64,000 nt of DNA from assembly GCA_045634965.1 (NCBI GenBank), contig JAZRBH010000006.1:128886-192885 (forward strand), given 5' to 3'. The notes beneath the pieces were generated by a model. The model worked only from the letters and a program-made list of their open reading frames with translations. It was not told the DNA's origin and did no database searches. Origin of the DNA: Paraprevotella sp. Its GTDB lineage: Bacteria > Bacteroidota > Bacteroidia > Bacteroidales > Bacteroidaceae. Shown here piece after piece: positions 20,702-29,909 of the stretch (the first letter of the stretch is position 1; every line of letters starts with the position of its first letter). The translations under genes were made by a program, and so were the position numbers.

Positions 20702-21345
20702 ATAAATCTTGTTTGCTTTCTACCGCTTATTGGGCACCCATACAATATTATGCCAAACTCTATGCCTGCGATCAAGTAGTCGTTGAGGCATACGAACATT
20801 ATATCAAACAGACTTACCGTAATCGTTGTATCATAGCTTCTCCTTCAGGAACACAAATACTGACCATCCCGATTGTCAAACCGGAATCAGAAAAATGTGC
20901 CATGAAGGATATTCGCATTTCCGACCATGGCAATTGGCGCCATCTGCATTGGAATGCTTTGGAGAGCAGCTATCGCAATAGCCCGTATTTTGAATACTAT
21001 GCGGATGATTTCCTACCGTTTTATACCAAACGCTGGGAGTTTCTGTTGGATTTCAATGAGGCCATCAGAGAGAAAGTTTGTGAGTTGATCAACCTTAATG
21101 TTACTCCTGTCTTTACAACAGCCTACGGAAAAATTGATGGCGTGGCGCAACCGGTATGGGACGATTTCAAGAATCGCATTAGTCCGAAAATAGCGGTTGA
21201 GGAGGACAAACAATTCTGCTGTCCTATCTATTACCAGGTGTTTCAAGAGAAGAATGGATTTATTCCCAATTTGAGTATTGCAGATTTGTTGTTCAATATG
21301 GGGCCTGAATCTTTACTCGTTTTGAGAGATTCGGTTCACTTGTAA
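20698..21345 (+). CDS. WbqC family protein
   Basis: KQTYRNRCII, HWNALESSYRNSPYFEYY, LSIADLLFNMGPES; start moved to the ATG at 20698 (ATGA overlap). Confidence 0.9.
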   Translation: MNKSCLLSTAYWAPIQYYAKLYACDQVVVEAYEHYIKQTYRNRCIIASPSGTQILTIPIVKPESEKCAMKDIRISDHGNWRHLHWNALESSYRNSPYFEYYADDFLPFYTKRWEFLLDFNEAIREKVCELINLNVTPVFTTAYGKIDGVAQPVWDDFKNRISPKIAVEEDKQFCCPIYYQVFQEKNGFIPNLSIADLLFNMGPESLLVLRDSVHL

Positions 21346-22631
21346 ATCAAAGTAGTCAGATTCTCCGGCTGGAACATCTCTTTTGCTACAGCATGCAAGT
21401 CTTCTGCCGTCAGCGCATCTATTTTTTGAAACAATCGTTCTTTGTCACGCGTCTGTCGGTAATGTAGAAAGGTTTTACCCATTGCCAGTGCTACACTTTC
21501 GGAATTTTCATAGGAGATACCAATCTGTCCTTTGATTTGTTGTTTGGCGGCTTTAAGGGCAGATTCACTGAGCGGTTGGTCTGCCAACCGTTTCAGCTCT
21601 TTCATCACCAATCGTTTACAACGTGAGATATCGTGAGGGTCACATCCGAAATACACGCTCCATACTCCGGTGTCGGTATATGTGGTCATCACGCTTTCTA
21701 CCGTATACACCAAACCATTCTTTTCGCGCAGACTGATATTGAGGCGCGAGTTCATGCCGGGTCCTCCCAAAATATTATTCAGTAGGTACAGACTGAGGTG
21801 ACGTGGGTCGCGCGCGCTATATGCACGTGTACCAATGAGGACGTGTGCCTGGTGTGTATCTTTTTTACGTATCACCTCTTGTGGTATATAGGTAGGAGGT
21901 TCACTCCTGTTGGCTCTGTTGTCAGTGGCAACGGTTGTCGTTGGGTTCAGTATTTTTTGTCGCAATGGTGCATCTTCAGAAAGGGACTGTGCCACTTTGA
22001 CGAGTGCTTTGTCTAATTCACGACGAACGATTTTCGGTTCTATTTTCCCATAAATAAAAAATACCATGTTCGTGAGCGTGTAAAGTCGTTCGGCAAACCG
22101 TTGAACGTCTTCACTGCGAAACTCTCGCAGTCGTGGTGCTTCGCCTAAGATGTTGCGACCTAAAGGATGTCCGTTGAAGATAAGATTTTCAAACTCGTCG
22201 AAAATGAGTTCCGAAGGAGAGTCGTTGTAACTTTCTATCTCATCAATGACCACTTCTACTTCTTTGATCACCTCTGTTTGGGGGTATGTGCTGCCCAAAA
22301 CGATATCTGTCAGCAAATCCACCGCCCTTGAAAAATGTTCTTTAAGAAATGCCGAATAATAAATGGTTTCTTCCTTGCCGGTGTATGCGTTCAGGTCACC
22401 GCCTACTGCTTCCATACGGTTCAGGATGTGCCATGAACGACGACGGTGAGTCCCCTTGAACGTCAAGTGTTCGCAGAAGTGTGCCAACCCGCTTTCTGTT
22501 TCAAGTTCATCGCGTGTTCCTGCATCAATGGCAATTCCGCAATAAGCCACATCGGAGTTGGATGGGGCGCAAATCAATCGCATTCCGCATGGGAGCGTTT
22601 CAGTGTAGTATGGTTTATTATTTGTCTGCAT
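21336..22631 (-). CDS. M16 (pitrilysin) family zinc peptidase
   Basis: HFCEH inverted zinc motif, GGDLNAYTGKE, GMNSRLNISLREKNGLVY. Confidence 0.92.
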   Translation of the reverse strand: MQTNNKPYYTETLPCGMRLICAPSNSDVAYCGIAIDAGTRDELETESGLAHFCEHLTFKGTHRRRSWHILNRMEAVGGDLNAYTGKEETIYYSAFLKEHFSRAVDLLTDIVLGSTYPQTEVIKEVEVVIDEIESYNDSPSELIFDEFENLIFNGHPLGRNILGEAPRLREFRSEDVQRFAERLYTLTNMVFFIYGKIEPKIVRRELDKALVKVAQSLSEDAPLRQKILNPTTTVATDNRANRSEPPTYIPQEVIRKKDTHQAHVLIGTRAYSARDPRHLSLYLLNNILGGPGMNSRLNISLREKNGLVYTVESVMTTYTDTGVWSVYFGCDPHDISRCKRLVMKELKRLADQPLSESALKAAKQQIKGQIGISYENSESVALAMGKTFLHYRQTRDKERLFQKIDALTAEDLHAVAKEMFQPENLTTLIYK

Positions 22632-22780
22632 GATTTTTATAGTAACGATACAAAAATACGTTATTTTGACAATTTATATCTTGCTTTAAAAGAAAAAATG
22701 TAAATTTACTGCGTACTTGATGAGATTTAAAAAAGGTAATTATAATAAATCGGATGGAGAAGATTTATAAGTAGTATATT

Positions 22781-22826
22781 AGAAAAGAGGAATGAAGTAT
22801 TTATTATTATTTCATTCCTCTTTTCT
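22781..22826 (-). terminator. Terminator downstream of the OprB-like porin
   Basis: Perfect 16-bp inverted repeat agaaaagaggaatgaa / ttcattcctcttttct. Confidence 0.8.
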
Positions 22827-22842
22827 GATATAGTCTTAATGC

Positions 22843-23925
22843 TTAATTCCCAATCTCCACAATAGCACGAAGTTGTGCCGCAGCGGTATAATGTCCGTTG
22901 GTGTTGATGCAGTGGACGGCAGGTTGTAAGGTGAAGTACTTGCAGACAGGGAAACTGCCGGTCAATTCGACATCCGTTTCGCGTCCGTCGGCATATAAGG
23001 CGCGATTGAAAACGATACCGATTTGAGCTTCATTCTTAGTGATATTACCTAACAACAATCCGGCGCCCCAATAACCACGACAGGAACTGCGAGTGGCAGG
23101 CGCTGCACCTCCTTGTAATAATCCGGATAATTGAGTGCGTCCTATTTTTACAATATCTTGTTCGATCAAAGCCCACAAAGCGTAGTTATAAGTCAAATCA
23201 TTTTCAATATCTTCAGCCGGTGAAGTACCGAGTGCGTAACCTAATGTATAATGACCGGTATGTTCCTCCTCACTTTCGCCGGTATAATAGGACACGCTAC
23301 CAATATTGAACACACCGTCACTTTTGGGACAAAAGCGGAATTGTTCGTCCAAGCGGTCACTTGCCGTTCCATTGTAAACACTCTCGCGAATGATAAGTCC
23401 TTTTACGGGGCGGATTTCAGTGTGTAAGCATAGGGCGGCAACAGGAAATGTCGCAATGGGGAAGTTTGCGGTCAGAACCGGTAGAATGCCATGAGAAGCA
23501 TTTGTAAAAAGTCCGGTAGAGGGCGTTGTAAAGTAGTCGAAATCTACATTTCGCAAGCCTGCAAAAACCATGAAATGCTCGCCTATCTGTTGTGATAATC
23601 CCGCCTGTATAAGGCGAAAGGCCTTGTCCGGTCCTGCATCAAGGTTGCTAAAAACTTGAAGGTCGTCCGCAACAGGGGTGTTGAGGTTATAAGTAGCGAG
23701 GGCTGCTAAGTCCAAACTTGCTCCTTTCCATAGTCCGGTTTGCATATCGGCTTCAAGCAGATTACACCAACCGACTTTCCCATCGGTGATATTCCAAAGT
23801 CCTTCTGTTGTACCGGTTACGCTCCATGTGATACGTTGAGCATTGGTTGAAAGGCTTGCGAAAGTGCATAGCAAGCACAAGGCAAAGCGCGCGAACGCAC
23901 TTTGTAGAGTAGTGTTTCTATTCAT
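22843..23925 (-). CDS. OprB-family (carbohydrate-selective) outer-membrane porin
   Basis: Signal peptide, DDLQVFSNLDAG, GLRNVDFDYF, ANFPIATFP, amphipathic beta-strands, FTLQPAVH near the C-terminus. Confidence 0.75.
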   Translation of the reverse strand: MNRNTTLQSAFARFALCLLCTFASLSTNAQRITWSVTGTTEGLWNITDGKVGWCNLLEADMQTGLWKGASLDLAALATYNLNTPVADDLQVFSNLDAGPDKAFRLIQAGLSQQIGEHFMVFAGLRNVDFDYFTTPSTGLFTNASHGILPVLTANFPIATFPVAALCLHTEIRPVKGLIIRESVYNGTASDRLDEQFRFCPKSDGVFNIGSVSYYTGESEEEHTGHYTLGYALGTSPAEDIENDLTYNYALWALIEQDIVKIGRTQLSGLLQGGAAPATRSSCRGYWGAGLLLGNITKNEAQIGIVFNRALYADGRETDVELTGSFPVCKYFTLQPAVHCINTNGHYTAAAQLRAIVEIGN

Positions 23926-23981
23926 ATGTGTAGTGTTTTAATTTTTTGTTTTCTTTTGGAGACGGGGACGATTTGATATTG

Positions 23982-26321
23982 TTAAAACAATAAAGCAATT
24001 CGATAGACGGCAAAAGCCATGACGTAAGCTAAAACAGTGGTATAGGCAGCAGTGAACAAAGCCCATTTCCAACCTCCGCTTTCTCCCTTGACGGCAGCAA
24101 TGGTTGCCAAACAGGGGAAGTAGAGCAGAGCAAAAATCATGTAACTCAGTGCAGCTTCTGGCGTAGTGTGCTGACTCAATACCTGAGCTAAACGTGTTTG
24201 TGAGGCTTCTTCGGTGGTTTCCACTTCAGCATCTTCGGCATCACAATTATAAAGGACACCGAGTGAGCTGACCATCAATTCCTTGGCTCCTACACCAGCG
24301 AGTATACCTACTCCCATGCGCCAATCATAACCCAATGGTCGAATGATTGGTTCTATAGCATGACCGATTTGTCCCATGTAGGATTGTTCTTGTTGCTCCG
24401 ATTCACTTAGGGTATCATTACTTTGGGGGAAGTAACCCAATGCCCAAATAACAATACTTGCAACAAGGATGATACCTCCCATTTTGTGAAGATATTGTCG
24501 GCCTTTTTCCCAAGTATGGCGAATGACAGCAACTGAGTTGGGAAGTCGGTAGGGAGGCAGTTCCATAACAAAGTGGCTCTCCATCTTTCGCATGAACATT
24601 TTACTGAAAACCCATGCGACAAAGAGTGTCATGAGGATGCCTAAAGCATATAGGGCAAGCATGACGGTTGATGCGTTTTGGGGGAAAAATGCGCCTGCGA
24701 ATACCACATAAACAGGAATGCGTGCACTACATGATATCATAGGAGTCACCAACATGGTAATCAGTCGGCTTTTAGCATTTTCTATGGTGCGTGTTGCCAT
24801 AACAGCCGGAACATTGCATCCGAATCCCATCAATAGGGGGATGAATGACTTGCCGTGAAGTCCTAACTTATTCAAAAGGGGGTCGGCCAACATTGCGGCT
24901 CTTGCCAGATATCCACTGTCCTCCAATATAGAAATGAGGAAATACAAGATCAGGATGTTGGGAAGGAAGATGATGACACTGCCCACACCGCCTAAGATGC
25001 CGTCGCAAACAAGGGCTTGCAGGACGCCTTGCGGGATCAATTCTTGGCAATAAGCCGTGAGCCATGCTACACCGCTGTCAATCCAGTCCATCGGGTATTG
25101 TCCGATTGTAAATGTCAACCAAAAGATGAACCACATGATGAGTATGAACAAGGGGTATGCCAACCATTTGTTAGAACATACACGGTCAATAAGTGAGGTA
25201 ATATGCTCAATCTTTCCGTTTTTCTTCTCATAGACACCTTGAAGCAGTTCTGTGATGTGTGCATAACGATCGGCATCCTCGTGTTCACGACAAGTGCATG
25301 GGCAGGCTTCAGCCTCGCTTTTCACAGCGGCATCAATGGTGCGATTTTTTTGATTTGTATTGGTCTGATTTGTACAATGGCAGCAATGTTCGGTGTCGGT
25401 ACAGCAGTTAGCTATGTGGTTATGCCCTTTTACACCGGAACGGTGCAATGCAATATGTTGGTCTGCCAAATCGATGGCTTGACGCAACAATTCAGCAATG
25501 CCTTTCTTTTGTCGGGCAACGGTGGGGCATAGTGGAATATCCAAGCGTTGTGACAAGCGTTCAATGTCAATTGTACTTTCACTTTGTTCGAATTCATCGA
25601 ACATATTCAATGCGCCAACAATAGGGATGTTGCGTTCCTTTAATTGTAGTGTCAATAAAAGATTACGTTCAAGATTGGTGGTATCAAGAACGTTGATAAC
25701 AGCATCTATTTGCCCGCTTTCCAATTCGTGAGCAACGTATGCCTCTTCTGGACTGAACGCTCGAAGTGAATATGTTCCAGGCAAGTCAATGATTTTAACG
25801 GCGCGTCCTTCAAATTTGATATGTCCTACAATACAACTGACAGTGACACCGCTATAATTTCCTGTACGTTCATGACCACCGGAAGCTGCGTTGAACAATG
25901 AGGTTTTGCCACAATTGGGATTACCTACAAGTGCAATGGTAATCTCGCCTTCTTTTGTTGAGGTGTCAGATTTCTTATTGTTGCAACCAGGACAACCCAT
26001 ATTACAAGCAGCGGGGACTTGAACTGTTGAGTCAGATGGATGACTATACATTTTCGGTGCGTCTGCATCAGATAAATGTCTTTGTACATTGTTCACGTCG
26101 TTTGTAACGTGGATGTTACGTGCTTCTTCGCGTCGCAAGGCTATTTTACTGCCCATCAATTCAAAAACGATGGGATTCCCAATAGGTGCAGAGAATATTT
26201 TCTTTACGGATTTTCCCTCAACAAATCCCATTTCGCTTAAACGAGCGCGGAAAGCGCCGCTCCCTTTGATGTGGGATATAATAACTTCTTCGCCTGCTTT
26301 AATATCAGATAATCTCAACAT
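23982..26321 (-). CDS. feoB: FeoA-FeoB fusion ferrous iron transporter
   Basis: N-terminal FeoA SH3 (RLSEMGF..APIGNPI), G1 GNPNCGKT, G3 DLPG, NMFD, gate motifs GFGCNVPA and YFPCLAT; start placed after the -7 box at 26349-26356. Confidence 0.93.
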   Translation of the reverse strand: MLRLSDIKAGEEVIISHIKGSGAFRARLSEMGFVEGKSVKKIFSAPIGNPIVFELMGSKIALRREEARNIHVTNDVNNVQRHLSDADAPKMYSHPSDSTVQVPAACNMGCPGCNNKKSDTSTKEGEITIALVGNPNCGKTSLFNAASGGHERTGNYSGVTVSCIVGHIKFEGRAVKIIDLPGTYSLRAFSPEEAYVAHELESGQIDAVINVLDTTNLERNLLLTLQLKERNIPIVGALNMFDEFEQSESTIDIERLSQRLDIPLCPTVARQKKGIAELLRQAIDLADQHIALHRSGVKGHNHIANCCTDTEHCCHCTNQTNTNQKNRTIDAAVKSEAEACPCTCREHEDADRYAHITELLQGVYEKKNGKIEHITSLIDRVCSNKWLAYPLFILIMWFIFWLTFTIGQYPMDWIDSGVAWLTAYCQELIPQGVLQALVCDGILGGVGSVIIFLPNILILYFLISILEDSGYLARAAMLADPLLNKLGLHGKSFIPLLMGFGCNVPAVMATRTIENAKSRLITMLVTPMISCSARIPVYVVFAGAFFPQNASTVMLALYALGILMTLFVAWVFSKMFMRKMESHFVMELPPYRLPNSVAVIRHTWEKGRQYLHKMGGIILVASIVIWALGYFPQSNDTLSESEQQEQSYMGQIGHAIEPIIRPLGYDWRMGVGILAGVGAKELMVSSLGVLYNCDAEDAEVETTEEASQTRLAQVLSQHTTPEAALSYMIFALLYFPCLATIAAVKGESGGWKWALFTAAYTTVLAYVMAFAVYRIALLF

Positions 26322-26348
26322 AATTTGTACGTGTAGTATTTCTGTTTG

Positions 26349-26356
26349 CAAAATTA
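26349..26356 (-). promoter_or_regulatory. -7 promoter box for feoAB
   Basis: TAATTTTG on the minus strand, 27 bp upstream of the ATG at 26321. Confidence 0.6.
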
Positions 26357-26403
26357 CTACCGTTTACAGAGAATGACAATACCTAAAAACAGTGAATTAA
26401 CAA

Positions 26404-28434
26404 TTAGTTCGCATAGCTGTGCATACCACCAAGTAAGTAGTTGACGCCGAAATAGGTCATAAGGATGACGAAGAAAGCGAAAAACATATATATGTGGAAA
26501 GTACGGGTGTTGCGCCAGCATTTCATGCTTTGAGTGTGCAGAGGAATACCGTAAATGATGAATGCCACCAAAGCCCACACTTCTTTAGGGTCCCACGACC
26601 AATAACTGCCCCATGACTCATTCGCCCACACAGAACCTAAAATGATGCCGATACCTAAAAGGAAAGTTGCGGGATAGAGTAGTAGACGACTAAGTATCGT
26701 GAGTCGCTCCACCTGTTCGTTCTCATGCGGATAGCGGTGGCTGAGGAATAAAGATAGCACAGCGTTCAACCATATAAATGCAAACAACGCATAGGACATC
26801 ATAATCAACGATACGTGATAACTCAACCATGGTGAAATCAATACCGGCATAAGGGGAGTGATTTGCGGATTCATCTGTCCGAGGTAAGCTACCAATAAGG
26901 TAAAACCGGAGAGAAGAAACGCAAATGGACGGGTATAAGGAAAGCGACGATAGAGTAAACATCCGATGATAAGGATGCAAAGCGCTACGAATTGCATGGT
27001 TTCGTAACCATTGCTCAGTGGAACATTACCACAGATGTACCATCTTAATCCATAACCTATAATATGAAAGAGGGTGGCGGTTACGAGAAGACCTTTCCAT
27101 ATACTGCGACTGATATGCCCTTCTTCCTTTTGTCTTAATATCCTATACAGTAGAAGACCGAAAGCCAAAATCCCCAAGGTGAGATTGACCATAAAAAGAA
27201 TTTTACTGAAAGGGATATTGTTGTAAAGTAATTCTGCAATCACTTGATGTTCATGTAGTGGTGTTACGTCATTTGGAATAGGACGAATCAGTTGCCCCTG
27301 TAAGAGCATGAGGATGAGTCCAACTTTTTCGTCGGTTTCTCTGATGGCTTTGGATAATTTGCTTTGCTTGGTCTTTTCTTGTTGCCAAATGGCTTGCAGT
27401 TTGTACTCAGTTTGATCATAAAGGTCGGTAAGACGGGCATAATCCCCTTTGATATTCAGGCGCTTGTGCAGTGTCGCATCCTTTATATATATAATAGGTG
27501 TATTATTCCATGCGTCAGGATATAGCATCCAACTGCTGATGATTTGTTCGGCAGATAGTCCTTTATAAGACGTCTTTCCATAAACTTTTTGTACAAAGTC
27601 ATGTGCCAATGTGTTGAGAATCGTCGTTCTGTCATGATAAATGACTTGTTGAGTTCGCAGACTATCTGCTTGACGCCTATTGACGACCGGTAAGGAATTT
27701 TCAGCGTGAGCATGAATGAAAGAACAGGAGAATAGAACAATCAGACAACTTTTTTTTAACAATGGATGGCGCAGGAGTTTTCGGAATCCCGATTGAGGAG
27801 AGCAGAGGGAACATATCATTCCGATGACTAAGAGTATAAATCCGGCATAAGTAATGCTTGTACCCCATGGGTCATGGTTCACAGTGAGCCATGAACCTTG
27901 CATATCTTCATCGTAAGATGTTTGGTAGAGCCGGTAACCTTTTGATGAAAAGATCTTATTCATGGATATTCGGACCGATGTGTCCGGCGTGTCATCGTGA
28001 TAATTACATGTGATATGACTGACGTAGTCCGCCGGTGCTTCCGTTCCTTCGTAGTATTCTACTTTAAAACTATCCAAGCGGAGCGTAAATGGCAGTTGAT
28101 GCAAGTGTTTTCCTTTGTCCACGAACTTTTCAAGCGGTGCGTTCACTCTTAAATGTAACATGCCTTTTTCCGAACTGATAGCCGTTGTCAATGCGCCTAT
28201 CAAGATACAAGCAAAGGCAATGTGTAAAATGAGGATGTGAAAACGTTTCCATACATTCATTTTGTATAGAACCATCAGCATTAAGACGATGAAGATGGTC
28301 CATAAGGTCTTGAACCAAGCCGTGCCGTATATGATATCCAGTGCTACTGGTGTGCCATATGCTGCTTCAATAAAAGTAGCTACGCCCAAGACAAGCGCAG
28401 CAACATATAGTATTATGAAGGTAATGGTTCGCAT
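26404..28434 (-). CDS. ccsA: Cytochrome c biogenesis protein, ResB/CcsB-CcsA fusion type
   Basis: PLSNGYE, SYHVS, WANESWGSYWSWDPKEVW (WWD domain), GMHSY. Confidence 0.88.
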   Translation of the reverse strand: MRTITFIILYVAALVLGVATFIEAAYGTPVALDIIYGTAWFKTLWTIFIVLMLMVLYKMNVWKRFHILILHIAFACILIGALTTAISSEKGMLHLRVNAPLEKFVDKGKHLHQLPFTLRLDSFKVEYYEGTEAPADYVSHITCNYHDDTPDTSVRISMNKIFSSKGYRLYQTSYDEDMQGSWLTVNHDPWGTSITYAGFILLVIGMICSLCSPQSGFRKLLRHPLLKKSCLIVLFSCSFIHAHAENSLPVVNRRQADSLRTQQVIYHDRTTILNTLAHDFVQKVYGKTSYKGLSAEQIISSWMLYPDAWNNTPIIYIKDATLHKRLNIKGDYARLTDLYDQTEYKLQAIWQQEKTKQSKLSKAIRETDEKVGLILMLLQGQLIRPIPNDVTPLHEHQVIAELLYNNIPFSKILFMVNLTLGILAFGLLLYRILRQKEEGHISRSIWKGLLVTATLFHIIGYGLRWYICGNVPLSNGYETMQFVALCILIIGCLLYRRFPYTRPFAFLLSGFTLLVAYLGQMNPQITPLMPVLISPWLSYHVSLIMMSYALFAFIWLNAVLSLFLSHRYPHENEQVERLTILSRLLLYPATFLLGIGIILGSVWANESWGSYWSWDPKEVWALVAFIIYGIPLHTQSMKCWRNTRTFHIYMFFAFFVILMTYFGVNYLLGGMHSYAN

Positions 28435-28446
28435 CTTGAGTGAGAT

Positions 28447-29586
28447 TTAGAAATCTCTGAACTCTTCGTTATTTTGTTCCTTGATAGCAATACATTCCAT
28501 CTCAATCAACCAAGTGGGGCGACATACCGGAGCCAGTGTGAAGACAGTGGGGATGGTCGGGAATTTCTGTCGGAACAGTTCTTGGATGATTTCGCAGTCG
28601 GAAATGTCGCGCAGATAGACAATGATTTGTGCAACATCATCAAAAGTAGTACCAGCCTCTTCAAGTAAGGTGCTTACATTCTCCCACATGCGTTTTGTTT
28701 GTTGGACGACATCGCCGACATAGACCACTTCTCCTTTGTTGTTGATACTGGCAGTACCACTGATAAAGACATGCGAGCGGTCGCCGTATTCCATGATAGT
28801 GCCACGTTCAAAAGTAACACCATATTCGTAGGTCGGATTCAAATGAGTGGGTGCATATAGATAGCGTTGTTGCTGAGGCTCAAAACCTGTGAGGGCGTAT
28901 GCGCTCAATTGTACCAAAGCCTTGGTGTCGGCAGGTAATCCGCCAATACCGGTGCTACTGATGTAATGAGTCTGTTCTGTCAGCCCTTTTTCGGTAAAGA
29001 ACTCTTTTCTGGCTTTTACCATGCCGGCATATTGTGTGTCTACATCTCTTACGAAAAACCATGTGCGGATACAATGATCAGCCAGTGTGGCACCGAACGA
29101 CTGCAATGTGTTTTCATAATGTTGGAGCAGACTCGTGGTTTGTGTAGCCGAATCTCCTTCATTACTAACCATGCCCATGTTCCATAAATGGCGGTAACCG
29201 TTGTGGGAAACCACGATGGTGTCGTTGATATTTTCCACATCAGTACCTTTTTGGAGATACAGCCATGTTGCTATTTTACTACCGTCAAGAGGGGGTTGTT
29301 GAATAACAGAAACGGAACAATCGGTAACATTTTTCATCAAAGGTTCCTGATTGGTGGCATCGCTGAGGAAATATCTTTTGAAGACAGTTTTTGCTTCGCA
29401 GAGTTGTGGAAGACTGAAAAGGCGTTCTTCTGCCTTATAGATGCGTTCCAGTTGTCCTTCAAACAGATCGTGCTGAGGATCAACATGGAGCATCACATGA
29501 TATTCTGCGACATGATCTCCCGGTTCAAATGCAGAGATTTCAACCGTAACTCCTAAATCCTCCCAATATATTTTGCTGTTATTCAT
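28447..29586 (-). CDS. Two-domain Rid (YjgF/YER057c-like) hydrolase
   Basis: IRTWFFVRD..Y; FISGTAS, IVYLRD, VCRPTWLIEMECIA at the C-terminus. Confidence 0.8.
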   Translation of the reverse strand: MNNSKIYWEDLGVTVEISAFEPGDHVAEYHVMLHVDPQHDLFEGQLERIYKAEERLFSLPQLCEAKTVFKRYFLSDATNQEPLMKNVTDCSVSVIQQPPLDGSKIATWLYLQKGTDVENINDTIVVSHNGYRHLWNMGMVSNEGDSATQTTSLLQHYENTLQSFGATLADHCIRTWFFVRDVDTQYAGMVKARKEFFTEKGLTEQTHYISSTGIGGLPADTKALVQLSAYALTGFEPQQQRYLYAPTHLNPTYEYGVTFERGTIMEYGDRSHVFISGTASINNKGEVVYVGDVVQQTKRMWENVSTLLEEAGTTFDDVAQIIVYLRDISDCEIIQELFRQKFPTIPTVFTLAPVCRPTWLIEMECIAIKEQNNEEFRDF

Positions 29587-29607
29587 GGTCTGCTATCAAA
29601 AACGTTG

Positions 29608-29774
29608 CAAAGATAGTGAAAGGCGAGCGGAGAAACAAAATAAGTTTACTTAAATTTTGGTTATCCCGAGCCGCATCCTATTTTATTCAAAGATAGTGAA
29701 AGGTGAGCGGAGAAACAAAATAAGTTTACTTAAATTTTGGTTATCCCGAACCGCGTCCTATCTTATCAAAGATA
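29608..29774. repeat. Two tandem 80/79-bp imperfect palindromic elements plus a third CAAAGATA box
   Basis: Units at 29608-29687 and 29688-29766 differ at about 5 positions; each begins CAAAGATA, which recurs at 29767-29774. Confidence 0.92.
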
Positions 29775-29843
29775 AGAAACTTAATGTATCCAAAGAGTAA
29801 TGAATATTCCATTTTTCAACGTTTTTTTTAGAGAATCGGTGCG

Positions 29844-29863
29844 AATACCTAAATATAGTGATT
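29844..29863. promoter_or_regulatory. Candidate operator (imperfect 20-bp palindrome)
   Basis: AATACCTAAATATAGTGATT, 14 of 20 positions self-complementary, between the divergent rid and LuxR genes. Confidence 0.4.
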
Positions 29864-29909
29864 GTTTGTGTCGGATATTTTTACGTTCTTTGCATCAGGT
29901 AAACGATGA

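Noticed and set aside
29608-29774. 80-bp repeats as a CRISPR array
   Set aside because: The units are contiguous with no unique spacers, too long for CRISPR repeats, and no cas genes are present.
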